Assembly: GCA_001643675.2 (NCBI GenBank)
Contig: LSRY02000015.1
Span: 682,001-746,000, forward strand
DNA length: 64,000 nt
Direction: 5' to 3'
Origin: Monocercomonoides exilis PA203
Taxonomy: Eukaryota > Protista > Preaxostyla
This document shows, one piece after another, positions 10,241 to 23,453 of the stretch. Every line of letters begins with the position of its first letter. Position 1 is the stretch's first letter. Below the pieces are notes generated by a model, which was not told the DNA's origin, searched no databases, and saw nothing but the letters and a program-made list of their open reading frames with translations. The position numbers and the translations under genes are program-made.

Positions 10241-13200
10241 AGGCTCCGCGACAACATACGCGAGTGAAACAGCAGCATAGTCTGAGCATTTGCCTTCTTC
10301 ACAATTTCCCTGAATGAGACTTCCATTTTCTTTTGGAGGCGCTCCACAACCACCACAAGCATCCACCGTGAACTACATATGATTCACAATAAAGTGTCCA
10401 TTAATGGTATGAATATATTGTGATCTTTGTCATTGTCGCTGGCGGCGTATGTGCCGATCGCTTCTGATTCACCAATAACGGCTCAGCTATCCAGAATAAC
10501 TATTTCTCTTGCTGAAACAACATATGCCAAAGTTTCGCTGTTCTATTCATTTCCTTGCTCTGAAGAAGCAATAACATGTTGCGTGCGACTTTCATGGGGC
10601 TTCTAAAAAAAAAAAACAACTTGATCGTCAATGTTTAGCATCTTAACCACCTTTCAATCTATTTGTTAAAGCATTTGAGAGTTTGGAAAAATAGAAAACC
10701 ACCAAAAAGGATGATTCTCACATTCAATGAATTTCTTCTCGCTCTATGCAATCTGTCATAAGCTATTGTGAAGGACTAGGTCTAAGAAAATGAGGTTGTT
10801 ACTAACGACTTTGATGAAAATGGATCATTGCTGGAAAGAGAATCTGAAGGGAATGAGGCAGAAGACCTCGTCAGCAGCTGTGGAAGTGAGATAGAGGAAA
10901 GTGTATGCATATTGTTTGGAGAGGAAGCACGACCTTCTTCAATACAGTCATTCATTCAACACAATCTTTCCTCTTTAACCGATATAATTGAATAACATAT
11001 TGGAGACCTTCTTTTGAAAACTGCAATTTCCTCATTTTCATCTTTCACTTTCCTTTGCTCATGATAATCATCCTTCCTCGGAATCTCTTCTTCTCAACAA
11101 CTGAATGTCAGGCATATACGAAATTAGCTGCGTTTTCGCCTTCTCCATTATTAGTTCTTCTCACATTCTCCTTTTTCATCACTTTCTAATTGTCTTCTTA
11201 TTTGTCGTGCGATCTCCAATTCTTTTAATATCCTGAATGTGAAAAAACACATTTTGAAAACCAAAAATAATAATAACAAACCTCTCAAAAATGTTTGAAA
11301 TCCATTTTCAGTATTATCCCTTCCAAATCAAAAGCATTCATCATTTTAGCGCGTCACTTTCGCATTCAACCGTTTAGCAAGCAGATTCTTCAATAATCCT
11401 CTTTTTGGCAATCTTTTCATATGCCTTGTTTTCACATTTCTTTTCAATGCTTCGTTTATTTCCCTTATGCTCTTTCTTGGAAAAGAATTTATTCTCTTCA
11501 TGTATCATGGAATCTCTATCAATCTTTCATTCCCAACACTGTCTTTGGTTTTTTTAACATGAATTCTCTTTTAGGGATTTCAATCTTGACATGTTTCTTC
11601 TTCATCTTCCTCCTCCTCCTCATCTTCTTCTTCCTCTTTTTCTTTTTTCTTTTTCTTCCTCTTCCTCTCATCCATTCGTTCAGATATGATGCAATGGAAG
11701 ACTACCCCAACCCGTATGTCCTGACACTCGCAGCCCGACTGAACAACTGTCATGACATAATTATGAATTATGATGATCCGTCTGTTGCGGTGAAATTTGT
11801 TGACTGAATAGAAATTGCAGAAGTCAAATTGAATACTTCTGGAACAGTGTTTGCAGCATGTGGGAGAAGAGTGAGACAGGCAGTTGGTGTTCAAAGGAAG
11901 GAGAAAGACATGAGGAGTCATTTGGGATGATTGAAGAATGCATGAATGAATCAAACGTGATTGAATGCTGCGAGTGGAGCAGAGCAGCCTGCTGAATGAT
12001 ATTCCTTCGGTGGAGGAGGATTCGTAAAAGAAGAAGAAGAAGAAGAAGAATGTTGTTATAAACTTGAAGAAAGTGGAAGATCTATCAAAACCAACATGTT
12101 GATGGCTCGTGGCAGCTCTGGTTGTGCTTGTGATATTGCACAAAGAAGATGAACCACCCATTGAGAATATCAGAGGCAAAAGATCTTTTCTGTAGAAGCT
12201 GATGAAGATAAAGAGGCCAAGTGGTGCAGTTGATAGGCGGAGGAGAAGGAAAGCTGGAAGGTGATGGAGAAGAAATTTATTCAGATGATAATTGGAGGTG
12301 GAGGAAAAAGAGAGGTCTTTTGTTGGAAATATGAAAGGATGTTTGCTTTGGATGAAGGGCGCTTGACTGAAACGAACAAGGCGGAGATGAAGCTATAGGT
12401 GGATTGTTGATGTGAAAAAGAAGAAGATGAAGAAGGCGATGGGAACGAAGAGAAGAAATGTCAAGAAACCGATGAGGAGAGGAAATCTGGTTGTATTGGG
12501 AATGAACAGCAACTTGTATCACAGAGAGAACAAAGGCAACAGAAAGGGCAAGGAAGATGACTTGAAGTTCAGTCTTTTTCATCGGCTCTGACTCCAATGC
12601 TGAAAGAAATAGTGGAGGGCGATCGTTGAAGAGACCCATTTCACACGCTTTAAAGATAATGAATGAAATATAAACGTGAAAAGTGATGGTTCATATCTTT
12701 CAACGTCAATTGATGAAAAATTATAAATGAGAGTTTGAAAAAGTTTGAAAAAGAAAACCAAGAAATATAATAAAAACAACGAAAACAATATGATAAAAAT
12801 ATGACACACATTATCAAGTCAGGAATTGCACCTTTATCACTTCTTGATCTGAACATATTGGTTATTGATTGTTTTAGTCCAAGCAAACTGGAAAGATAAA
12901 GCGCCTCAATGATTTCTCTGCCAATGCAGTTAACGCAGGCGATGCGCTGCAGATTGTTTATAAGCGCATTCACAAAATGAACGTTGAAATCAACTCACAA
13001 GAAAAAGATGAAGTTCATAATGAATAATGAAAAAAAAGTTCTTAAAATTGCAAAAATGAAAAAAAACATTAGACAATAAATATGCAATAATTCTTTGTTG
13101 TGATTAAAAGAAAATATCAATGCACACCACATCGCTTCAGATCTTCGTTATTGCTGAAGTCGATCTGTCTGAAATTCTTTTCTTTTCTCAATCTGAACTC

Positions 13201-13399
13201 AGAATCTCCTCCGCCTTCTTCTTCTTTTCTACTTTCCTGACTTCTCTATTCTTTGATAATCTTGTCAATCTTGCATTAAATAAGCTAAGTCACATCAAAG
13301 ATAGAAGTGTTCTTTCACAAGTCAAACAAAGCTTAGTTCTCTAGGCGCATCAAACTTTGCCTTTTCAAATACCTCCTCTTCATGTGAAATGAACTGTGT

Positions 13400-14152
13400 C
13401 TGCTTTTCATTCGCAATCCCCTTCGGCTATATTATCTTCTTCTTCACCAGTGTGCCTGCCCTCCTTGATGCAGACATTTACAAATCAAAAACAGACAGAT
13501 CGATCCTTCTAATATTTCCAACCACACCTTTTTCTCCTCTGCTGCTTCCACCGCATTCTTCAGTAACTGGTCTGCGTATTGTGACTCAAATACAACCCCA
13601 CAAAGCTTTCCTCACTCTCTTCTATTGTTTCCTTCCAGACAATACGAAAAACAGCGCAGGTTAGAGAACTTTGCAGGGGGGGTACGCACCTAAAATGAGC
13701 TTGTCATTCGTCGTATCAAATTTCTCATCGACAGCGAGTCTGTCGTTTAAAACAATCGAGTTCTCATTCAGCGCATGAAACAGATTCGTGACAACATCCA
13801 ACTCCACACACGAAATATACAATGAGCGCTCAATATTCACAAACGGAATCTTCTTCGTCTGCTCCTGCTCATGCTGCTTTCTTTTGAACAAATCCATCAC
13901 ATATTGAGAACCAGATAGAAGCAAATGTGTTGACACGTGCTGAGAGCTATTGTGGCAAGCGCGGTAAGTGTTCCGCACATGTTGTGAGCATTGGAAGATG
14001 TCTATCTTATTCTCTTCGGCATCTGCTACATCGCTCCCATCAAATCTCCTTTGCTCCACAAGCACTGCAAGCGCACCTTCCTCTCCTTCTCTTCCTGGAT
14101 TATCTATCCTTTGTCCCATTTTTTTCTTCATCATCTTCTTCTTCAGCAACAT
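13400..14152 (-). pseudogene. Degenerate gene fragment, possibly CFAP61-like (FAD/NAD-binding-like region)
   Basis: LFHALNENSIVLNDRLAVDEKFDTTNDKLILGA resembles, from memory, the CFAP61 F.A.N..LV.DGRLVID..F.TND..I.A motif. Stops follow immediately downstream. Confidence 0.4.
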
Positions 14153-15284
14153 TATGATTGCCAGATCTCGTCAATTTCTTCTTTTTCGTTCTTTATAAAT
14201 TGAACCAACTTCGTCTGAATATGTTTTGTGACTTTACAAGAAGGAAGATCCATCTGTTTCATCTGCTTTTCCTTCTATTGTTGTTGTGTAACTTCTATTG
14301 CTCTCAAACTTGTTCCCGTTTCGCCCATGATGCCCTATGAAGATGACAATCCAATCGATGTCAAATCATTCTATCCTCCTTCGCTTCATTCATTTCTATC
14401 TCTTCTGCTCGAAAAATAGCCATCATCCATTTTTCCCATCTCTCCCACGTCACCTCTGCATGAAGCACATTCTCTGAGCATCTTTTCAACTATCTTCCGC
14501 TTGTCTTCTTCTTTTGTTTATATCTTCACAAGCATTCGAGTTGGTTAATTGTGGAAATTCTCCAGAGCTGCAACATGCTTTGCATTCTCTTCTTCTTCTT
14601 CATTCCAAATCTCTCTTTCTGTTGCTCTCTCCTCCTTTTCTCCTTTTTTTTACTCCTCCTTTTTTGATGCAAAATGCTCCACTTTCATCTCCTCCAAATC
14701 TGCCAATGTCTCTCAATCAAAGGCGTTGAGTGTAATAAAATCTGCTCTGAAGATGAGCTTCGATTCAGCTTTTCGTTTTTTCAGACGAGTGTTTCGCGAG
14801 CTGCATGGTTGTTTGTTTGTTTGAGTACAAAATAGCAGTGAGGGAATACATCATCTTTCAGAACATGAAGCAGAGCAGGCAAATAAAGTGAGAGAATGAA
14901 GGAAGAGAGAAGGAAGAGCGATGATTTATGAGAAGCATTTTATGTGTGCTCTGATTGCATGCATCTGACGCAAATGAAAAGAGTTGAGTTATCTTTATCG
15001 CCAGGTCGTTCTGTTCGAGATTGCACTTGAAGAGAAAAGCACGTGACAGAGAAGATGCAGATATCCAGAAAGAAGAAGAAGATTAAATTCTTTGCAAAAA
15101 CACAAATTTTGCTGAAGAAAAAGAAGAATTATTCGAAAGAATGAAATTTGAATTTAAAAAAATATCAATAAAAAATCCCCCTTTCGCCCCTCTTTTGTGA
15201 ATTGCGGAATTTTTTCTGACGGAGAGGCAAAGAAGAAAGTATTTCTAAATTGAAAGAAAAGAAGAAGAATAAGAAATAAAACAA

Positions 15285-15362
15285 GAGGAAGAGGAAGAGG
15301 AAGAGGAAGAGGAAGAGGAAGAGGAAGAGGAAGAGGAAGAGGAAGAGGAAGAGGAAGAGGAA
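15285..15362. repeat. (GAGGAA)13 microsatellite
   Basis: Perfect hexamer tandem array. Confidence 0.95.
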
Positions 15363-16787
15363 GAAGATGTTGTTTCTGTTGTTGTTGAAAACAAACATCA
15401 AATGTTAATTGCTAATTTTTTTCCCCCTCAAAATGGCTGTCCCTTCGAAGAATGAAATCCGAAAGCGGCTGGCCTGGATGCCCTTCGACTGCAAGCTAAT
15501 ATACGATAATTGGATGTCTCGTAGTTGGCGTTTCTCCACTCTTTTGAAGCAAAAGCGGAATCACAAATAGAAATTCGCAGCCTTCCATGCCTGCCTAGCA
15601 CAGTCCGAGAAACAGGAAAACCTTATAAATATAATTGACATTTTGGGGCTCTCCTTTTTTCCATTGAATTCTTGCCTTTTTTTTGTGATAAAAATCCTTC
15701 CCTCGATGTTTCCACTCACTTTTTTTGCCAAAAAATGCCCCAAACTGCTCTCTCTGCCTAACATACCAAAATGCTATATAATTTTGTGCAGATTTTGTCT
15801 TTCACAGAATTCCTTCTTATTATCTTCATTCAACAAAACATCAGTTGAATTTGTTTTCACTTCTTTCACCAAATAAAAAATAATAAAAATTATGTATCTT
15901 TCATAATTTCATTAATTTTCCAATTGCTATACATTAATCAGCTCCATCCTCATCATTTTGCTCTCTAAAGAGGAGATTGGCCATTTCAACAAAGATTCGG
16001 ATTCCTTTTCAAAGAGAAAGAAGCAAATTGTGCAGTTTTCTAACAGAATGAAAAAACTGTTGCATTATCATAAACATTAAAAAAATTGAAAGAATTGGCA
16101 AACTTGCAAAAAATGGGAAAAGAAAGTGGTTTAAAAAAAAATGAAAGAAACAAAACTCCAGGGTTAGTGGGCAGATTACGACCGGTAAAAAAAATCGATT
16201 GACATGATTATATTTAATTTAACAATTATCAATTAATGTAATTATGATATGTTGAAAGTGATTTTCGTATAATAGTGATTCAAAGCTGAGAAAACCTATT
16301 CTAAAATTCTAACAGGAGTGTTTATTGAAAAAACTTCCCCACTAAAAATAAAAAAAACCCTCATCAGTTGATTAAATAAAAAGTTTTCTTCAAATATAAC
16401 CCTAATAAACACATTGACAATGGATAAATCTTTATTTCCAAAAAAAACCTAACAAAAATAATCTCTCTTATTAATCTTAGGGGTTTGATCATTAATTTTA
16501 AATGTCAACTGCTATTTAAATACGGATTCGCAATGGAGCGAATCAACAAACGCAAGGAGCAGGTTTGCTCCTCAATAATGAGTATTAATATTATTTATGG
16601 GTGGTTTAAGATCAAACTTCGCCAACAATTTAACTTCTTTACATACCATTGTCCGCAATTTAAATGACGCAAGATACTGCTAGAGGGTAAAATAGTGACG
16701 GCGAAGACAGAAAAAATGATTTGAGGTACAGGCTTTCAAAGGGAAGAAGACACGATTGAAGAAATCACAAGAAGCCTAACACTGTCT

Positions 16788-17997
16788 ATGCAGTCTGGAG
16801 CTACGGGGATGCTGCCAATGAGAAAAGTGAAGAGGGAACGAGCTTGGAGAAGAAGCAGATCGAGATCGAGCGAGTCGGAGTCGGATGTTAACTTCGGTGA
16901 TCTGATCGCGAAGCGGAAACAAGGAAAGCGTGAGAGATTGCATCGTTCAATTAGCCGTACGAGAAAATGGGAAGACGAAGAGGTTAGCGACTGGGATTCG
17001 GAAGAACAAGAAGTTCAGCAGGAGAAAGGAGGAATTGAAGACTTTTCCAGAATCTTTCCCAGAAAGTGGTTGACACCCCGGAGACAGGCGAGCGAGTTGA
17101 GGAAGTTCATTGAGTTTTGTAAGGCTGGATCGTTAAGAATGAATGATGATTTACTGAATACATTTATTCCAGAGAGTGAGAAGGAGTTTTTTAACAGGAC
17201 ACACAGACACAAGCAGGAACGCGCTAGCTAGGACAGCTATTACAACGAAGGGGAGAAGAGACTTACCAGAGGCTAGCCGAGCAATCGAACTCCTCCAGCC
17301 TGCCCCCTAATCTGGCTTCGAAGCAGCGAAAGTGATCGCCGCCCTCACGGTGAAGGAATTGGAGAAAACGCACCTCATGGAAGAGGAGAAGGAACGACTG
17401 AGAGGATTGTTTTGCGCCTATGCGCTTATCGCCGACTGTATCAGCAGAATTAACCTACTAAAGGTTATTCCCCAATCGGGTTGGGAAAGCGCGAAAGGCT
17501 TTTTCGAGGGAGGAATGTCTAAAGAGGTGCCGGAGAACCTGAAAAAACTGGTTGAGAGCACTAGCTTTTTTCATGCAGAGGGAGATGCAGCAGGATACGG
17601 TGCATCTCCCGACTCCACAACAGGTTTCGGACCCACAACAGCCAGAGGTGGAATTACGAGAAGATACAGTTCGGGAAGGAGCACCCAAGGGTTTGTAAAC
17701 AGACAGCTCCAGAGAAGAGGATACGGCAGGAACTTCACAGACTTCAAGGGAAAGAAGAGAACGCCACAGTTCCAGGCCCAGTTCCTCCCAACCATCACGG
17801 GAAAGACAGTCCCCATTACGGGACCATTACCACCAGCTCCCCCAAGGACCCAAGGAGGGACAGCGATGGAACCATCAATCGGATCCAACAAGTGGCCTCA
17901 GGAGAAGAGAGGAAGAGGAGAGAGAGAGAGTGGAGAGAGAAGAGAGAGCCGCGCCTTGCAGCGAGACCGAGAGAGGAGAGAGAGAAGCAAATTATAG
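16788..17997 (+). pseudogene. DIRS gag-like ORF1, broken into 147- and 221-aa pieces
   Basis: Position upstream of RT. Basic RS-rich start, a helical core (LFCAYALIADCISRINLLK) and an R/G-rich tail. Interrupted by stops. Confidence 0.6.
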
Positions 17998-18419
17998 CGA
18001 GATGAATACACGACGAGCAACCGTAGCTCCGGGTGAGACGCGATCAGGGACGGAAATACAGAAACAACAGGTGGACGTCAGAGAGACTCTGAGCTCATTA
18101 GACCAAAGGAAGGAGAGAGAACGAGAAATCACAGTGGATTCGGCGAGAAAGATATCTATAGAAGATGTGCGACACAAGACAAAGAGAACAGAAGGAGACT
18201 CCGAATATCCCCGAGTGACGAGACAGATGAGCGAGAGGGGGAACGGAAAGATAGTTTGGAGAGCTTCTGGGCCTGTTATCGGGCCCCCAATTGGGAGCGC
18301 CCTGGAAGTGAGCTCGAAGACAGCTATATTAGATACTCTCGAAGGGGAAGAGATTACACAGGTGCAGCTTGGCCACAATACGCAAGGAGTGAAGAGGAGA
18401 ACAGCGAGTGGACCACCGA

Positions 18420-20350
18420 AGGAGCCACTTCCTGGGAGACTGGTGAACAGACTGAGCGAGTGGAAGAAGATTGGGGGAGACAAACTAGTGAGCCGTTGTA
18501 TAAGAGCTCGATGGAAGAGTCCCCAATCCCCAATCTCACATGAGGAAAGAAAACACAGACAAGAATTTCTGGTGACGACGGAGATGATGAACAATTATTT
18601 ATCCATATTGGAGGAGGAATTGAAGGAAGGAGTGGTGAAGCCCGTGCCATAATCGGAGGTGAAGTTTTTCAACCTAACATTCATATTTCGAAAGATGTGG
18701 AAAGTGGAGGAAGATACAAGATTGCAGAGCTCTTAACGAAGAAGTGCAGGGAAAACACTTCAAGATGGATACCCAGGAGACAGTGGTGGAACTCCTGGAG
18801 GAGAACGATTGGATGACCATTTTCGACATATCGAGTGCATACCAACATGTCAAGTTGGACGAGCAATTCAGTCCCTATCTGTGTTTCAGCTTTCAAAGTC
18901 AATGCTACGCTTACGAAGGGATACCATTTGGAGCAAAAGACGCGCCCAGAGTTTTCACGAAGATAATGAGGCGGGCAGTATCATTCATCAGAGAACAGTG
19001 GAGAGCGAAGCTAGTGATACACCTGGACGACATTCTCCTCATGCATCCAGACAGGGATGCACTGAGATTAATCACATTAGAAATAGCCCAGATTTTGAGG
19101 AGTCTGGGATGGATACATTCAGAAGAGAAATTGAGCTTGTAACCCACAAGGAGTGCGTTGTTCCTGTGATTGCTTTGGTACTCGGAAAGGATGGAAGTGA
19201 AGCTCCAAGAGAGGAAGAGAGTGCTGCTGCTAGAGGATGTGCGAAAATGGATAGCACATGCAAAGGAAAGGAGGAGACAGAAAACGAGGGATTTAGCAGC
19301 ACTCCTCTGGAGGTTGAATTTTGTGAGGTTACAACACCCACCAGCGAGTTTGTGGACGACGCGTTTGCAATATGTGCTGAGGCGGGCAACAGCCCATGGG
19401 GGCTGGAACGGAACTGTTATGGTCAACCCAATGATGCTGGGAGAATTAACACATTGAAGAAAGATCCTGCTTGAGAACAGACCGAGGTGTCTGAAGAGAA
19501 GGAACAGACCAGCGTTTCTAACGACGGACACTTCAGAGCTGGGATGGGGTGCAGTATTAACAATACCGAGGGAGAACAAAGAGGAGAAGATATATGTCCA
19601 TGGCAGTTGGGGTAACCAGGAGAGCGCGTTGGCGATAAACGTGAAGGAGTCCAGAGCAGTGTTGAGGACATTTGAGAGAAAGGGAGCGTGGCTGCAACAA
19701 CTGAAGATAGATCATATTCGTCTGAGGACAGACAATATGTCCACGAGATGGACAGTACAGAAGAAGAGGGGAGCGCCATCGCTCATTCCAACACTGAGAG
19801 CAATAGAGAAGAAACTGAACAGCCTGGACATTACAATACAGACGGAACATCTCCCGGGAGAGCAGAACACGAAAGCAGATGCACTCAGCCGGATGGCGAA
19901 AAAGCCGGACTATGCACTGAGAGTGATAAGGTCGCAGAGACATTTCAAATAGTCGCACTGAGAACACTAGATATTAAATCAGAACCGATTGCTTCGGTGC
20001 CCTGAGGAAGTACTTGGAGACTATCCTCTCTGAGAAAGAAGAGAGAGAAAGACATGCCAGGAGACGAGATAGTGCTAGTCCACCCGTTCCTGAGAAACAT
20101 TGGACGAGTGATGAAAGAGAAGATGAACGAAGCTCAGAGGGATCTGACGATTCTGATTCTACCAGCTAAGCAGGGGCAGACCTGGACCCCGCTACTGCAG
20201 CCTGGGCATTCGATAAGGACTATGTGGACCTTTCAGGAGTGCATGATACATGGAACCAAGATGAGGAAGGAAGGCTGGAAATTACCCCCAGGAGAGGTTA
20301 TAAGCGTTATACTGGAGAAGAGAATATTCAGGGGAGAGACCTCTTCTTAA
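18420..20350 (+). pseudogene. DIRS pol: reverse transcriptase, RNase H and methyltransferase-like domain, with several stops and frameshifts
   Basis: RT: PGRLVNRLSEWKKIGG; HFKMD; IFDISSAYQHV; IPFGAKDAPRVFTKIMR; VIHLDDILL. RNase H: TTDTSELGWGA, INVKESRAV, LRTDNMS, EHLPGEQNTKADALSR. DIRS MT-like: VHPFLRNIGRV..LILPAKQGQTWTPLL. Confidence 0.9.
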
Positions 20351-20422
20351 CATGGGGAGAACACGTTGGAGCAAAAGAGATAGCAGCAGCAATACTTAGA
20401 AATCAAAAGAGCGAAAGAGATA

Positions 20423-22733
20423 GGCATAGGTCTAAATTGTACCAGTAGTAAATTTAACGTTTTTATTCAAATTTTCAATATATTATTAATTAACTTAATT
20501 ATTTAATTCTATATTATCGAAAATATCATAGAAATATTGCAATTAAAAACAAAAATTAAAAATGTTGATCTGTCCCATAAAAATATTTATCAAATTATCA
20601 TTTTAAGTTTTTTGAGTGTTAAGGAGAGATTATGTTGTTATTTGCGTGTGAAATGCTTGTCAAAAATTCATTATTTACATAAATCTTTTTTAATTATATT
20701 GACATGCGTTATATTTTTCATTATAAAATTCTATTCGTAATATGATTCTTGTCTGATGACATTGAATTTTTGTCCAGAGCGAAACATTTGTTGAATAGAA
20801 TTTTTTATTTTGGTGTGAGGGGGATGGATAAAAAGCGGCTTTTGCAAATAATGAAGTTACAGATGAAATTTCAAAATGTGGAGCGATTTGCATGAGAACC
20901 AGAGTTCGGGAACTCTTTCAGTCCAATTTTTTTTCTTAATTAATGCAATGTTCATTATAGAGGTGGAGGAATTTTGTGTGTTTCTGTTAATTCTATCAAA
21001 ATAGAGAACAACTCGTTCAATGCATGTACTGCAAAAAATAATGATGGAGGAGAGATGAATGTTGGCTGTATTTTTAGAATGTGTCAAGATCGGTGGTTGC
21101 GAATTAAAGAAATGCAAAGCAAGTAGAACGGGAGGGGGGCTTGTGCGTTTGAGTGCTTATTCACTTCATACTCGCTTACAAGTAATTGTGGTGGAGGGAT
21201 GTTTTGTCAAAATGTTCCAGCTGCATTCAAAATGTGGAGCCTCCAGTTTATTTCTTGCTCTGTATTGAGTTATGGTGGAAAATTTTATTTCGCGCCAAGT
21301 CAATCAACGGCTCCAAGTTGCAACACTTATTACTATATCTTCTTCTTCCACGATTGTGGATGAACCAATACTACTCCATATGTGCATGATGTGTATTTTG
21401 TAGATTATTACAATCTCTTTTCGTCACACAACCCGTTCTATGAATCGTACACAACAAATACTTATGATACGAGAGTGTGCCGTTTTTGCTATTCGAGCGG
21501 TTGTACGTATCAGGCCACAGAAAAGAAGGGATGGCTGAAGAAAGGGGTTTTTGATTCACTTGTTGCAGTGAGCGGATGCAGAACAGACAAGTTGGACGGA
21601 GTGGATAAGCCAACTGCATGTAGAACCATTGGTATTGCTGTTAAAAAGAGCGTGATCTAATTGATCTTATCAGTGATCTTGATGGAAGGGAGTAATCAAA
21701 GGGTGACAGCAACAATCGATTTTGGATCCATGAACATTTCTGTTTTGGAGAAAGGAAGAGAGAGGAGTGTGATTGGGACAGGAGCACTTTCTTTGTCACC
21801 GACAACGCTGTTCAGTGTGACGAGTGGACAGCTGGAAGTGAAACATGCAGGGATCGATCACAACTCAAAAAGTTCATCGCTGAGTGCGTTTGTGGTTTCT
21901 GATGGGAGCGGATCACTTTCATTGGAGGATATGTTGATCTCGTCAAGTGTTAGTGGAACAAATGTTATATCATCATCGATATTTGTGATGGCTCTGTCGC
22001 AATTGAGGATGAGTGGTGTTATGATAGAAAACATGAAAATAAGCCAACTTCTGTTTTCCGAACCATCATCAGCAGTGTCAACATCAGGAGAGAGTGTGCT
22101 GGAGTATGTGACAGTTCGAAATGTGACTCTAACAGGAGAAGATGGAGTGGTGATTGCAAGAGCGTGAAGGGAAACTACACATTTGTGGTGTGAAACGCAA
22201 CGATTGAGGTATGTGAGTGTGTGAATGGAAATGGAGGGGGGATAAAAGTCGAACTTTCATCATCAACAATCAAAACTCATATTAGAACAACCACATCGCA
22301 AGATGGAGAACAATGAAGGTTTGTGAATGAATTTTTCTCAAATAAAATGAAAATGCTATTCAAATTGTTTTGATAGAAAATGTTTTTTTCAATTCTTTCT
22401 TTTCAAAATGCGCAGAATGTATTTATTAAAATAAGAAAACAAAGCATTAACTTATCCATTCTTTTTGATTAGCAGTCATGCCAAAAAAATATAGCAAGGC
22501 TGAAACAAAATTTAACATTCAAAATATAACTCTTATACTCCAAAAAACTAAAAAAACAAAAAATCAAAAATATTTTTATGGGACAGATCAACATTTTTAA
22601 TTTTTGTTTTTCATTGCAATATTTCTATGATATTTTCGATAATATAGAATTAAATAATTAAGTTAATTAATAATATATTGAAAATTTGAATAAAAACGTT
22701 AAATTTACTACTGGTACAATTTAGACCTATGCC
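20423..22733 (+). mobile_element. Non-autonomous 2311-bp TIR DNA transposon (Pack-type, Merlin/hAT-like 8-bp TSD), copy A
   Basis: 166-bp TIRs starting GGCATAGGTCTAAATTG (20423-20588 / 22568-22733). Near-identical inverted copy at 24961-27270. No transposase inside. Confidence 0.92.
20950..22290 (+). pseudogene. Captured fragment of a beta-helix surface-protein family gene inside Pack element A
   Basis: Broken frames encode FNACTAKNNDGG, HDVYF, PTACRTIGIAV, IDFGSMNISV, LFSVTSGQLEV and GNGGGIKVEL, which parallel the ectodomain modules of the giant proteins. Confidence 0.75.
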
Positions 22734-23453
22734 TGCTACGCTTCATGAATTAACATCTAACAATATCAAATATATTTTTAAATTTTTAATAGAACGGAGA
22801 GAAAGACAAGTTTTCTCTGTATAATGAGTATTGATCACGATTTATGGGCGGTTTAAGTGAAAACTTCGCCCTCCAAAAATGACATGGAAAAAAGTGCGAT
22901 ATAAAATTCTGAACAATAACATTTAAAATTGTAAAATAAAAATAATGCATTGTCCGCTTCACTTCACTTCCCAACTTCGCCTTTTGCCATGGTCTCGAAG
23001 ACCAGGGGGCAGGGGACATCGCCCCTCGGAGCTGTCTCCTGCAGGCCGTGCAGGGACCCGGTGAGGCGAGTGTTCTGTTCGGAGAAGAAAGAAAAACCAC
23101 TCTCGCTTTCTCGAGGCGTGGAAAAGAAAACTGCGTGTGATACGCTCTGCCTCCCGCTCTTATGTTGATCCAGCAGAGCAAACCCTTTCATCGCGCACTG
23201 TATGGACCGACCTGACTCATCTGTGTAACGAACAATCGTTATCGCGTTGGATAGAGAGCTTTTGATTAAACTTGTTTGTTCGTTTTGTTTGCATCTTTCC
23301 ATTCTCCCGGTGTGCACTACTCACTTCGGGCGTTTATTCTTTCTATCTCTCTTTCTGTATCTCGCCCTTTTATCTAGTCATCTCCCAACACACTTCCGGC
23401 TCCCCCTCGCACCACTCCGCCTATCGTCTCTCCATCCGCATTCCTGTTATCTC

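Larger units (their letters stand above)
16526..20422 (+). mobile_element. DIRS1-type tyrosine-recombinase retrotransposon, 5' part (left end/ITR, gag, RT, RNase H, MT-like domain, start of YR); degenerate
   Basis: RT, RNase H and MT-like motifs lie in order. Left-end sequence 16526-16623 recurs at 23485-23542 and 22821-22870. GC/purine-rich relative to the flanks. Confidence 0.9.

Noticed and set aside
18420-19950. RT plus variable receptors as a diversity-generating retroelement
   Set aside because: The RT is DIRS-type with RNase H. Differences between paralogs that I checked are not adenine-specific, and no template/variable repeat pair is seen.
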